From NCBI GenBank assembly GCA_965202665.1, contig OZ241841.1, forward strand, positions 448,001 through 512,000: a stretch of DNA of 64,000 nucleotides, given 5' to 3'. The stretch's first letter is position 1. Each line of letters opens with the position of its first letter. This DNA is from Candidatus Spongiisociaceae bacterium. GTDB taxonomy: Bacteria > Actinomycetota > Acidimicrobiia > Spongiisociales > Spongiisociaceae. Of this stretch, positions 51,835-62,100 are shown in pieces. The translations under genes were made by a program, and so were the position numbers. The notes beneath the pieces are model-generated. The model did no database searches and was not told the origin of the DNA. It worked only from the letters and a program-made list of their open reading frames with translations.

Positions 51835-54800
51835 TTATGATTCTCCGGTGGTAGTGGGGGCTTGGTTGATTACTCTTACGAAGAAGGATGCCATCTGCGC
51901 CCGGGTTACCGGATTGTTGGGGCAGTACCTGAGGGGGGGCGTGGTGGTGCATCCTCTGGTCACTTCGCTTTCGGCTATGCCTTCGATAGCACGCACCACC
52001 GCTGCGTCCAGGTTGGCGGTGTCGGCGAACAGGTTTTGGGATTCGGATACGGCTTGGATGTGGGGGAAAGCGGCGACCATCATGACGGCCATGTCGGCTC
52101 GGGTGACTATGCCGCGGGGGTTGAAGTTCCCGTCGTTTAGCTGGAAGGCTCCGATGCTGACTAGCCAGTTGGCGTAGGGGCGGTAGCTGGCGTCGGCGGG
52201 GACGTCGTTGATTGTTATTCCGGTGGGGATTTGGATGGGCCAGCGGGGGTTGACTGCGCGGTAGATGAAGGTGGCCATTTGCCGGCGGGTGATTTGGGCG
52301 CTGGGGCAGTATTTGGTGGGGTCGTTGGCGTCGCATCCGATGGTTATTCCCCATTCGGCCATTAGCGCGATGTTGGGTTCGTGGACGCTGCCGTCGTCAT
52401 CGCAGAACCGTCCCTGGCAGACCACCGGCGCAGGCGGCGGCGCAACCGGCGGGGCGGGCCCAGCAGGCGGCGGGGCCCCTCCTCCGGCGGGGGGCGGGGC
52501 TCCTCCGCCTCCAGCGGCGGGTGGCGGGGCGGCCGGCGGCGGCGCACCCCCTCCTCCTCCGCCCCCTCCACCACCTCCACCTCCTCCGCCACCACCACTA
52601 CCGGTGGGTGCGCTTGGTGTGCTGGTTGGGGGCGGCGGGGGCGGCGGCGGGGGTGCGCTGTTGCGGATGGTGAGGACGGCGGGGGTGATGGTGAAGTCGG
52701 CGGCGGTTCCGGTTATTTGGAGGGTTTCGTTTGGTTCGGGGCCGTCGGTGTTGGGGATGGTTATGTTGAAGGTTGCGCTACCGGTTTGTGTCGCGGGGCG
52801 GATGGTTATGGTAGTGGGTTGGTTGGTGATTTGGTAGTCGTCGTTGGGGGTGGCGGTGCTGTCGGGGCCGGGGATGGTTATAGCCACAGAGGTGGCTTCA
52901 GAGCGGGTGGTGGTACCATCCAGCCGTGCGGTGATGGTGATCTGACGGTTGGTTTGTCCTTCGGGTAGGCTGGCGGGGTTGACGGTGAGGGTGATACCGG
53001 TGGGTGGATCGTCGTTGTCTTTGATAGTAAACGCGGCGGGTTCGATGGTGATTCCGGCGGAGGTTCCGGTTATCTGTACGGTTTCATCCGGTTCATCGAT
53101 GCTGTCGTCGGTGATAGGCAGGCTGAGGGTTCGGGTGGCACTGTTTTGATTAGCGAGGATGGTTAGGGGGGTGAGGGCGGGGGCGGTGTAGTCGGCGGCG
53201 ACGGCGGTTCCACCGAAGGCCAGGTTTATGGTGTGGGGGTTGGGGAGAGTTTCCCCGGTCGGGTAAGCGGCTTGTAGGGTTACGGACGTGTTGGTGTCTC
53301 CTTCGGTCCCTTGGTTTGGGGTGAGGGTTAGGGTAACGGTCAGGTCGTCGTCGATGAGGGTGAGGGTATCTTGCGCGATAGTGAAACCGGCGAGCGTTCC
53401 ACCGGCGACGGTCAGCGTTTCCGGCCCCTCAAAGTTGTTGTCGTTATATGTTCCGTCGGTTTTGAGCAGGAAAGTGTCGGTGCCGCTGTTTTGATAGCCG
53501 GGGATTTCCACATTGAAGGCATCCACCGTTTCATAGTCAGTTCCCTCAGTTGCTTCCCCAGCAGCCGTTTTACCGACCACGATCGGGACGAAGGTAGCGG
53601 CGGAACGGGTGGCTGTTCCCTGGAAGGTGGCTACCACCCGCACCCGGGTTTCTTCGTTTTCATGGGCTTCGGTGAGGTGTTCCCCACTACTGTCGGCACG
53701 GGTGCTGTGCAGGGAGAGAATGATAGCAGTGGGAGGGCCGTCGTTGTCGTTGATGGTGAGGGCGGCGGCTACCGTGTGATAATCCACATTGTTGATTGTT
53801 ACATGACTGCCGTCGATGATTATCCTTCTCGCCGGTTCATCGACGTTGTCATCGTTCACCGTAATATCTATATCCACATAACCGGTTTTGGTACCGGCGG
53901 CGATGGTGATACCGGCGGCGTAGCCGGAAGGGGTTCCGCTCGGTTTAGAGGGCCAGGCCACCCGGTAGTCCTCCCGGTTGGTCCAAACCCGGTTGGAGTC
54001 CGCGGTGGCGGTGCTGTCCTCGTCGATCTCCAAACCCACTACCACACCCCCGGTAGGGGCGTTCACCGGCAGGGTAGCGGTAACCCGCACAGTGGTTGTT
54101 CCGCTGTTTTCCGCCAACGCGGACACCGCGCTGCTATTGGAGGGGTTGGTCAGGGCCAGCCGGATGCCGCTGTCCGCGATGTTAATGGTGGCGGCATCGG
54201 AGGTGGATGTTCCGGCTACGGTGGCCGAACCGCTGATTTTCACCGTTTCCGCAGTAGTTTCCGCATCAGTATCAACCCGGGCGGTCAGCTGAAACGACCC
54301 CGCATGATGATGCTGCCCAGCCGGAATGCGGATAGTGAACGAGTTGCCCGTCTGGTCGGTGCACACATCTTCAGTCATCAACGGAGAACATGCCGTCGCC
54401 ACCGTAGCCCCGTTGGAGTCCCCGGCCGCTACCGTCACCGTCACGTCAGTGTTGGTTGCCAGCGCGGAGGAGGTCGCTCCCGCGAACCCGGCGGTCACCG
54501 TTACGTTGTGGGCGTCGGTGCTTTCCGTTACTCTCCCCGGCGAGGCGGTTACTTCCAAAGCGGTGTCGCTGGCCCCGATAGTCAACGTATCCGGGGTAAT
54601 CCCCACGCCGCTGTTCCCCGACGTCCCCGCGATCCTGAACGTTTCCGCCAACTCCGTCACCGCATCATCGGTAACCAACAGGCCCGTCAAGTTCGTCCAA
54701 GCGCTCTGCGTTTGCCCGGCGGGGATGGACACCGTAACCGGGGTAGCGGGAGGCGTGAAATCGATTCCCCCCGCCTCAGCCGACGCCGGCGACAAAGCCT

Positions 54801-57800
54801 CCGCAGTCACCCGCACCTGCAAAGCAGACCCTAAATCGTTGCTGGTAGCAGTAGCGAACGCCGCCCTTACCCGCACCGCGACCGTCTCGCCCTCCGACAA
54901 GGTTTTCTGATTCCCGCTTTCCACGCCGTCAGTATCCGCTGTCAGGGTTACGTCTAGATCGTCGTCGGTGATGACCAGCGTCGTTCCGCTGACCGCGAAC
55001 CCCCCGGCGGTGCCGTCGATGTTGATGGTTTCCGCGTCCTCGGCGATGGTGTCCCCTGTTATCAGCAAACCAGACAAAGCGACCGCGGAGCTGGTGGTGG
55101 CGGAGGCGGGGATGGTCACCGTTACCGCAGTGCCTGGTGCGGTGAAATCCGCCGCTTCCGCGTTTTCGCCCGCCCCGAACGACAAAGTTACGTCGGTGGC
55201 TTGGGTGAGAGAGGAACTGGACACCCCCGCGAATGAGGCGGTAACGGTCACCGCTCCGGCGTTGGCGTCTCTTTCATCCACCGTGGACTGACTGAGAGCC
55301 AAAACGATCGTTTCCAGAATGGGCAGGTCAGCGACTGCGACCGCCGGTAGATACCCGGTGGCGGAAGCGGTGAAACGGATGGTTTCCGCTCCCTCCATTG
55401 TCCCGTCATCCCGGGGAGTGAGCACGACATCCGCCGTCCCGCTGGTATCACCGCTGTTGATGGTAATAGGCGCCGTAGCGGCCCCGCGGGTGTAATCCCC
55501 GGTTGCCCCCAGAGTGGCGGTCCCGCCCGCGGCTCCTACGTTTACCGTGACTGTAGTGTTGGACGCGGCGGCTTTGCCGAGGGTGGCTTTCACCCGCACC
55601 GTCTGCGCGCCTCCGTTCTCGGTAATCCCCGACAGAGCAGGGGCGTCGCTGGACGGCTCGTGGAACGACAAAGTAAGTGCCCGGGTTGGGTCGTATACTT
55701 CCAGCTGGGCGGGGGTTACCGAGCCTATGGTGGTGGTACCGGTGAGTTTCAGGTTTTCTATGTCCTCGTTGTTGTCCATGTCATTGCGGGCTTGCAGTTG
55801 GAAGGAACCCGAGGCGTTGAGGTCCCCGGCGGGGATGCTGACCGTGAACTGATTGTTCGTCTGATTAGTACACACATCCGCCGCTGTCGGCGTTATGGAA
55901 CATACCGCTGAATCTACCGTCGCGCCGTTGGTGTCCCCCGCCCCGACCGTGACTGTCACCGGGGTGGCCGCTGACAGTACCGAGGTGGCTCCTTGGAAGC
56001 GGGCGGTTACCGTTATCTGATGAGCCGCCGCTTGTTCCACCACCCCGGTAGGCGACGCCGACAGCGTCACGTCAACATCGTCGTCGACGATGGTCACCTT
56101 CTCTGAAGCCACCGTCGCTCCGCCTGTTGCGGTGCCGGTGATGAGGAACGTTTCCGCTCCTTCCGCTATCGTGTCATCCGCTACCGACAACCCGGTTAGG
56201 TTCACCCAGCCGCTTTGCAGGGCGGTTCCGGTGGGTATCGTCACCGTCGCCGCCGCGCCGGGGGCGGTGAAATCGACACCCCCGCCGGTAGCTGACACCG
56301 GCGAACCCTCCCCGGCGGTTACTTGAATCTGGTAAGCAGCGGACAGGTCGTTGGTAGTAGCGGTGGTGAACGCGGCCCGTACCCGCACCGCCGCCGTTTC
56401 CCCCTCCGGCAAAGTTTGCTGCTCCCCGGTGGCGCTGTCGGTGTCCGCGGTTAACGTAACTCCCAGGTCGTCGTCGGTTATGGTCAGCTCCGTTCCGCTC
56501 ACCCCGAACCCGTCCGCCGTTCCCCCAACATCGATTTTCTCCTCCCCTTCCGCGATCGTATCCCCCGTAATCAACAAACCGGTCAAAGCGGCGGCGGAAC
56601 TGGAGGTGGAACCAGCCGGGATGCTCAACGTGAGCGCGGCGCCCGGGGCGGTGAAATCCAGCGTCTCCGCCTCCTCACCCGCACCGAACGACAACGTAAC
56701 AGCCGTCGCCCCGGTTAGCGTCGAAGAAGACGCCCCCGCAAACGCCGCGGTTACCGTCGCCGCCCCCGCGTTTGTTGCGCTCTCGCCTATTGATGACTGA
56801 CTGAGCGTCAACTCAATCGTTTCCGTGATCTTCAAATCAGCGGGAAAAATAGTGAACCCGGCAGCGGAACCGGTGAACCTAATCGTCTCCGCTCCCTCCA
56901 CCACCGTGTCCGACAAACCGGTGATCGTCGCATCCGCCGTACCAGACGACTCACCCGACGCAATCGTCACATCCACCGTTCCCGATCCCGGGTCGAAGTC
57001 GCCGCTCGTGCACGACCGCCCCGGACCGCTCCCCGTGCACGTCCCCAACGTCGCCGTACCCCCCGCAGACCCCACATTCACGCTGATCGTCGTGTCCGAG
57101 GTCACCGCCGCCCCCGCAGTGGCCTTCACCCGCACCGTCTGCGCCCCCCCATCCTCCGCGATCCCCGCCAAAACAGCCTCCCCCGCCGCCGCCTCATGAA
57201 AAGACAAATTAACCTTCGTCCCCGCATCGATAATCGGCAAATCCGCCGACTCCACTACTACCGCCGACCCGCCCACCGACGCCGAACCCGACACCCTAAG
57301 CTTCTCCCCCGACTCACCCGCACCATCATCAGGAACCGTCACCGAAAACGTAGCGCTCGCCGACGTACCACCCGCCGGAATAGAAATCGTCGTCGCATTG
57401 CCCGTCAAACTGGTACAAGCATCATTCCCGCCGGCCACCGGACACGCCGACGACAAAGAAGCCCCACCCGCCCCCGCCACCGACACCGCCACAGCAGTCG
57501 CAGTTGTCAGGATCGACGACGACCCTTTGAACCGGGCCGTCACCGTAACCTGACGCGCCGCCGCCTGCTCCTCCACCGACGACAAAGACCACCCCAACTC
57601 AATATCAGCATCATCATCATAAATCGTCAACTCCGACTCCGCAATCGTGTACTCAGAACCCAAACTAGACGTCCCCCCGCCAAACGTCAACGTCTCCGGC
57701 CCCTCCACCACCGCATCATCAACCACCGACAAACCCGCCAACGACCCATTACCGCTCTTCACCGCGCCAGCGGGAATAGAAAACGTGCTCGCAGACGACG

Positions 57801-58983
57801 AAACATAATTGACATCCGCGTCCCCCGCCTCCCCCGCCGCCGGCGAAGCCTTCTCATCCACCGACAAAACAGCCGTCGTCGCCGACGCATGAGTCGACGA
57901 CCCAACCCCATCCGGCCACCCCGCCCACGCCACCACCCCCGAACCCGACGCCCCCTCCGCCAACACAGACTGATTCCCCTCAGTTTCACTATCGGTGTCC
58001 ACCCTGAACACCACCTGCGAATCCACCAAATCCCTAATAATCACCGGGCCTCTCTCCACCGTAAACCCCGCGACAGAGCCATAAACCCCTAACCGTATGT
58101 GCACCCGGTCCGCATCTGCGGTATTATTCGCATGCAAACCGTAATAATAATTACTGGTGGTAGAGGTTAACCTACCACCCGAAAAGTTTAAAAACCTCTT
58201 TTCTGATGGGTGCCATTTATTTCTTGAATTTATGCCTGAAGAGATAGTGCCAAGCTGTATAAAGTGATTCCACACCTGTACTGAGTTTGCCGGATCGAGT
58301 GATTTGTTCTGAGTTTGTATTGTTCCTGTGTATGTAGAAGATGTAGAAGAAGTGAACCGGCCACCCGACAAACCTCCCAAAGTACCAGTAGCATTAACAT
58401 AAATTCTATTTTGATACGTAGCCGCCTCGTATACCACAATCGGGCTGATTTTGATAGTCCGATCCTGATCCGTAATAGTCAAATCAGTCGGAGAGACCGT
58501 ATACCCAGCAACGGTGGTAGTACCGGTCAACCGGATTGTCTCATGATCCTCTGTAATCCTATCCGACCGCAGAAAGAGTGTAGCGTCAAAAGGATAAGTA
58601 TAGCTAGTAGCACCCGCCCTAATAGTTATACTAGGAGGCGCGCCCCTAATACAGTAATCACCAGCAGAGCAAACCCACCTCGAAGGACGACCCTGTCTTC
58701 GCTCCTCGTAAGATGTCGCATCACGCGCTACTCCTTGAGTGGCGGTACCACTTATCAAAGAATTGACATTCACCCGCAAATCGGAGGACGGCGCCGAGGG
58801 CACCGACGCCTTCAACCGCAAAGCCTTCGTACCGCTGTCCTCCCCCACCGAGGTCACCGGGTTGCCCGCAGGATCAACCCAACTGAGCGTAATCGCCGTC
58901 TGCGCCCCCACCACCGCAGGCGCGGCCGGCAACACCGACAGGACCAAACCCGCCGCCAACGCCAACAGCCCCAGCCGCCGCAT
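51835..58983 (-). CDS. Giant surface protein D
   Basis: Same architecture as A; has the most divergent second tip domain. Confidence 0.88.
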   Translation of the reverse strand: MRRLGLLALAAGLVLSVLPAAPAVVGAQTAITLSWVDPAGNPVTSVGEDSGTKALRLKASVPSAPSSDLRVNVNSLISGTATQGVARDATSYEERRQGRPSRWVCSAGDYCIRGAPPSITIRAGATSYTYPFDATLFLRSDRITEDHETIRLTGTTTVAGYTVSPTDLTITDQDRTIKISPIVVYEAATYQNRIYVNATGTLGGLSGGRFTSSTSSTYTGTIQTQNKSLDPANSVQVWNHFIQLGTISSGINSRNKWHPSEKRFLNFSGGRLTSTTSNYYYGLHANNTADADRVHIRLGVYGSVAGFTVERGPVIIRDLVDSQVVFRVDTDSETEGNQSVLAEGASGSGVVAWAGWPDGVGSSTHASATTAVLSVDEKASPAAGEAGDADVNYVSSSASTFSIPAGAVKSGNGSLAGLSVVDDAVVEGPETLTFGGGTSSLGSEYTIAESELTIYDDDADIELGWSLSSVEEQAAARQVTVTARFKGSSSILTTATAVAVSVAGAGGASLSSACPVAGGNDACTSLTGNATTISIPAGGTSASATFSVTVPDDGAGESGEKLRVSGSASVGGSAVVVESADLPIIDAGTKVNLSFHEAAAGEAVLAGIAEDGGAQTVRVKATAGAAVTSDTTISVNVGSAGGTATLGTCTGSGPGRSCTSGDFDPGSGTVDVTIASGESSGTADATITGLSDTVVEGAETIRFTGSAAGFTIFPADLKITETIELTLSQSSIGESATNAGAATVTAAFAGASSSTLTGATAVTLSFGAGEEAETLDFTAPGAALTLSIPAGSTSSSAAALTGLLITGDTIAEGEEKIDVGGTADGFGVSGTELTITDDDLGVTLTADTDSATGEQQTLPEGETAAVRVRAAFTTATTNDLSAAYQIQVTAGEGSPVSATGGGVDFTAPGAAATVTIPTGTALQSGWVNLTGLSVADDTIAEGAETFLITGTATGGATVASEKVTIVDDDVDVTLSASPTGVVEQAAAHQITVTARFQGATSVLSAATPVTVTVGAGDTNGATVDSAVCSITPTAADVCTNQTNNQFTVSIPAGDLNASGSFQLQARNDMDNNEDIENLKLTGTTTIGSVTPAQLEVYDPTRALTLSFHEPSSDAPALSGITENGGAQTVRVKATLGKAAASNTTVTVNVGAAGGTATLGATGDYTRGAATAPITINSGDTSGTADVVLTPRDDGTMEGAETIRFTASATGYLPAVAVADLPILETIVLALSQSTVDERDANAGAVTVTASFAGVSSSSLTQATDVTLSFGAGENAEAADFTAPGTAVTVTIPASATTSSAVALSGLLITGDTIAEDAETINIDGTAGGFAVSGTTLVITDDDLDVTLTADTDGVESGNQKTLSEGETVAVRVRAAFATATSNDLGSALQVRVTAEALSPASAEAGGIDFTPPATPVTVSIPAGQTQSAWTNLTGLLVTDDAVTELAETFRIAGTSGNSGVGITPDTLTIGASDTALEVTASPGRVTESTDAHNVTVTAGFAGATSSALATNTDVTVTVAAGDSNGATVATACSPLMTEDVCTDQTGNSFTIRIPAGQHHHAGSFQLTARVDTDAETTAETVKISGSATVAGTSTSDAATINIADSGIRLALTNPSNSSAVSALAENSGTTTVRVTATLPVNAPTGGVVVGLEIDEDSTATADSNRVWTNREDYRVAWPSKPSGTPSGYAAGITIAAGTKTGYVDIDITVNDDNVDEPARRIIIDGSHVTINNVDYHTVAAALTINDNDGPPTAIILSLHSTRADSSGEHLTEAHENEETRVRVVATFQGTATRSAATFVPIVVGKTAAGEATEGTDYETVDAFNVEIPGYQNSGTDTFLLKTDGTYNDNNFEGPETLTVAGGTLAGFTIAQDTLTLIDDDLTVTLTLTPNQGTEGDTNTSVTLQAAYPTGETLPNPHTINLAFGGTAVAADYTAPALTPLTILANQNSATRTLSLPITDDSIDEPDETVQITGTSAGITIEPAAFTIKDNDDPPTGITLTVNPASLPEGQTNRQITITARLDGTTTRSEATSVAITIPGPDSTATPNDDYQITNQPTTITIRPATQTGSATFNITIPNTDGPEPNETLQITGTAADFTITPAVLTIRNSAPPPPPPPPPTSTPSAPTGSGGGGGGGGGGGGGGGGGAPPPAAPPPAAGGGGAPPPAGGGAPPPAGPAPPVAPPPAPVVCQGRFCDDDGSVHEPNIALMAEWGITIGCDANDPTKYCPSAQITRRQMATFIYRAVNPRWPIQIPTGITINDVPADASYRPYANWLVSIGAFQLNDGNFNPRGIVTRADMAVMMVAAFPHIQAVSESQNLFADTANLDAAVVRAIEGIAESEVTRGCTTTPPLRYCPNNPVTRAQMASFFVRVINQAPTTTGES

Positions 58984-59040
58984 TCTCCAACCTCCATACT
59001 CGCTTCCGGCCAGCCCGTAAAACAGGACCGATTACGGGAA

Positions 59041-59067
59041 ACGCTACCCCCCCCCCCAATTTGTCAA
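59041..59067 (-). promoter_or_regulatory. Promoter of gene D with G11 spacer tract (15-bp spacer)
   Basis: TTGACA-AATT-G11-TAGCGT. Confidence 0.8.
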
Positions 59068-59106
59068 ATCAACCCCCGATGAGGGCGTCGACGTTGCCTA
59101 GCTGGC

Positions 59107-62100
59107 TCAACCCGATTCTTCGGTGGTGGTGGGGGCTTGGTTGATTACTCTTACGAAGAAGGACGCCATCTGGGCGCGGGTTACCGGATTGTTGGGGCAG
59201 TATCTGAGAGGCGGCGTGGTGGTGCATCCTCTGGTCACTTCGCTTTCGGCTATGCCTTCTATGGCCCTTACCACGGCCGCGTCCAGGTTGGCGGTGTCGG
59301 CGAACAGGTTTTGGGATTCGGATACGGCTTGGATGTGGGGGAAAGCAGCTACCATCATGACCGCCATGTCGGCTCGGGTTACTATGCCCCTGGGGTTGAA
59401 GTTCCCGTCGTCTAGTTGGAAGGCCCCGATGGATACTAGCCAGTTGGCGTAGGGGCGGTAGCTGGCGTCGGCGGGGACGTCGTTGATTGTTACGCCGGTG
59501 GGGATTTGGATGGGCCAGCGGGGGTTGACGGCGCGGTAGATGAAGGTGGCCATTTGCCTGCGGGTGATTTGGGCGCTGGGGCAGTATTTGGTGGGGTCGT
59601 TGGCGTCGCATCCGATGGTTATTCCCCATTCGGCCATTAGCGCGATGTTGGGTTCGTGGACGCTGCCGTCGTCGTCGCAGAACCGACCCTGACAGGCCAC
59701 CGGCGCGGGAGGCGGCGGTGCGGGCGCGGCGGGCCCAGCCGGGGGTGGGGCCCCTCCTCCTGCGGCGGGAGGCGGGGCTCCGCCTCCTCCTCCTCCGGCG
59801 GCGGGGGGCGGCGCGGCCGGCGGCGGCGCGCCTCCACCGCCTCCTCCGCCGCCGGTGGGTGGGTTGGGGGTGGTGGTTGGTGGCGGCGGGGGCGGGGGCG
59901 GGGGTGCGCTGTTGCGGATGGTGAGAACGGCGGGGGTGATGGTGAACCCGGCGAGGGTTCCGTTTATTTGGAGGGTTTCGTTTGGTTCGGGGCCGTCGGT
60001 GTTGGGGATGGTTATGTTGAAAGTTGCGGTTCCGGTTTGCGTTGCGGGGCGGATGGTTATGGTGGTGGGCTGGTTGGTGATTTGGTAGTCGGCGGGGGTG
60101 GTGGTGCTGTCGGGGCCGGGGATGGTTATAGCCACGGAGGTGGTTTCAGATCGGGTGGTGGAGCCGTCCAGCCGGGCGGTGATGGTGATCTGACGGTTGT
60201 TTGCTCCTTCGTCTAAGCCGGATGGGCTGGTGGTGAGGGTGATGCCGGTGGGTGGGTCGTCGTTGTCTTTGATAGTGAAGGTGGCGGGGGTGATAGTGAT
60301 TCCGGCGGAGGTTCCAGTTATCTGTACGGTTTCATCCGGTTCATCGATGCTGTCATCGGTGATAGGCAAGCTGAGGGTTCGGGTAACGCTGTTTTGATTA
60401 GCGAGGATGGTTAGGGGGGTGAGGGCGGGGGCGGTGTAGTCGGCTCCGGCGGTGGCGGTTCCTCCGAGGGCCAGGGTTATGGTGTGGGGGTTGGGGAGGG
60501 TCTCCCCGGTCGGGTAGGCGGCTTGTAGGGTTACGGACGTGTTGGTGTCTCCTTCGGTCCCTTGGTTCGGGGTGAGGGTGAGTGTAACGGTCAGGTCGTC
60601 GTCGATGAGGGTGAGGGTATCTTGCGCGATCGTGAATCCGGCGAGCGTTCCACCGGCGACGGTTAGCGTTTCCGGGCCCTCAAAGTTGTTGTCGTTGTAT
60701 GTTCCGTCGGTTTTGAGCAGGAAAGTATCGGTGCCGCTGTTTTGGTAGCCGGGGATTTCCACATTGAAGTCGGCTACCGTTTGGTAGTCGGTTCCTTCGG
60801 TGGCTTCCCCGGTTTTGCCAACCACGATGGGGACGAAGGTGGCGGCGGAGCGGGTGGCTGTTCCCTGGAAGGTAGCTACCACCCGCACCCGGGTTTCTTC
60901 GTTTTCATGGGCTTCGGTGAGGTGTTCCCCACTACTGTCGGCCCGGGTGCTGTGCAAGGTGAGAGTGACAGCAGTGGGAGGGCCGTCGTTGTCGTTGATG
61001 GTGAGAGCGGCGGCTACCGTGTGATAATCCACATTGTTGATTGTTACATGACTGCCGTCGATGATTATCCTTCTTGTCGGTTCGTCGACGTTGTCATCGT
61101 TTACCGTAATATCTATATCCACGTAGCCGGTTTTGGTACCGGCGGCGATGGTGATACCGGTGTTGTAGCCGGAGGGGGTTCCGCTCGGTTTAGAGGGCCA
61201 GGCCACTCGGTAGTCTTCCCGGTTGGTCCAAACCCGGTTGGAGTCCGCGGTGGCGGTGCTGTCCTCGTCGATCTCCAAACCCACCACCACACCGCCGGTA
61301 GGGGCGTTCACCGGCAGGGTAGCGGTAACCCGCACAGTGGTTGTTCCGCTGTTTTCCGCCAACGCGGACACCGCGCTGTTGCTGGAGGGGTTGGTCAGGA
61401 CAAGCCGGATGCCGCTGTCCGCGATGTTGATAGTCGTAGAATCGGAGGCGGCTGTTCCGGCGACGGTGGCCGAACCGCTGATTTTCACCGTTTCCGCAGT
61501 AGTTTCCGCATCAGTATCAACCCGGGCGGTCAGCTGAAACGACCCCGTATGATGATGCTGACCAGCCGGAATGCGGATAGTGAACGAGTTGCCCGTCTGG
61601 TCGGTGCACACATCTTCAGTCATCGACGGAGAGCATGCCGTCGCCACCGTCGCTCCGTTGGAATCCCCGGCCGCTACCGTAACCGTCACGTCGGTGTTGG
61701 TTGCCAGCGCGGAGGAGGTCGCTCCGGCGAACCCGGCGGTGACCGTTATGTTGTGGGCGTCGGTGCTTTCCGTCACCCTCCCCGGCGACGCGGTTACCTC
61801 CAAAGCGGTGTCGCTGGCCCCGATAGTCAACGTATCCGGGGTAATCCCCACGCCGCTGTTCACCGACGTCCCCGCGATTCTGAACGTTTCCGCCAACTCC
61901 GTCACCGCATCATCCGTAACCAACAGGCCCGTCAAGTTCGTCCAGGCGCTTTGGGTTTGCCCGGCGGGGATGGACACCGTGACCGGGGTGGCGGGAGGGG
62001 TGAAATCTATTCCCCCCGCCTCAGCCGACGCCGGCGACAAAGCCTCCGCGGTCACGCGTACTTGCAGAGCGGATCCTATATCGTTGCTGGTAGCAGTCGT

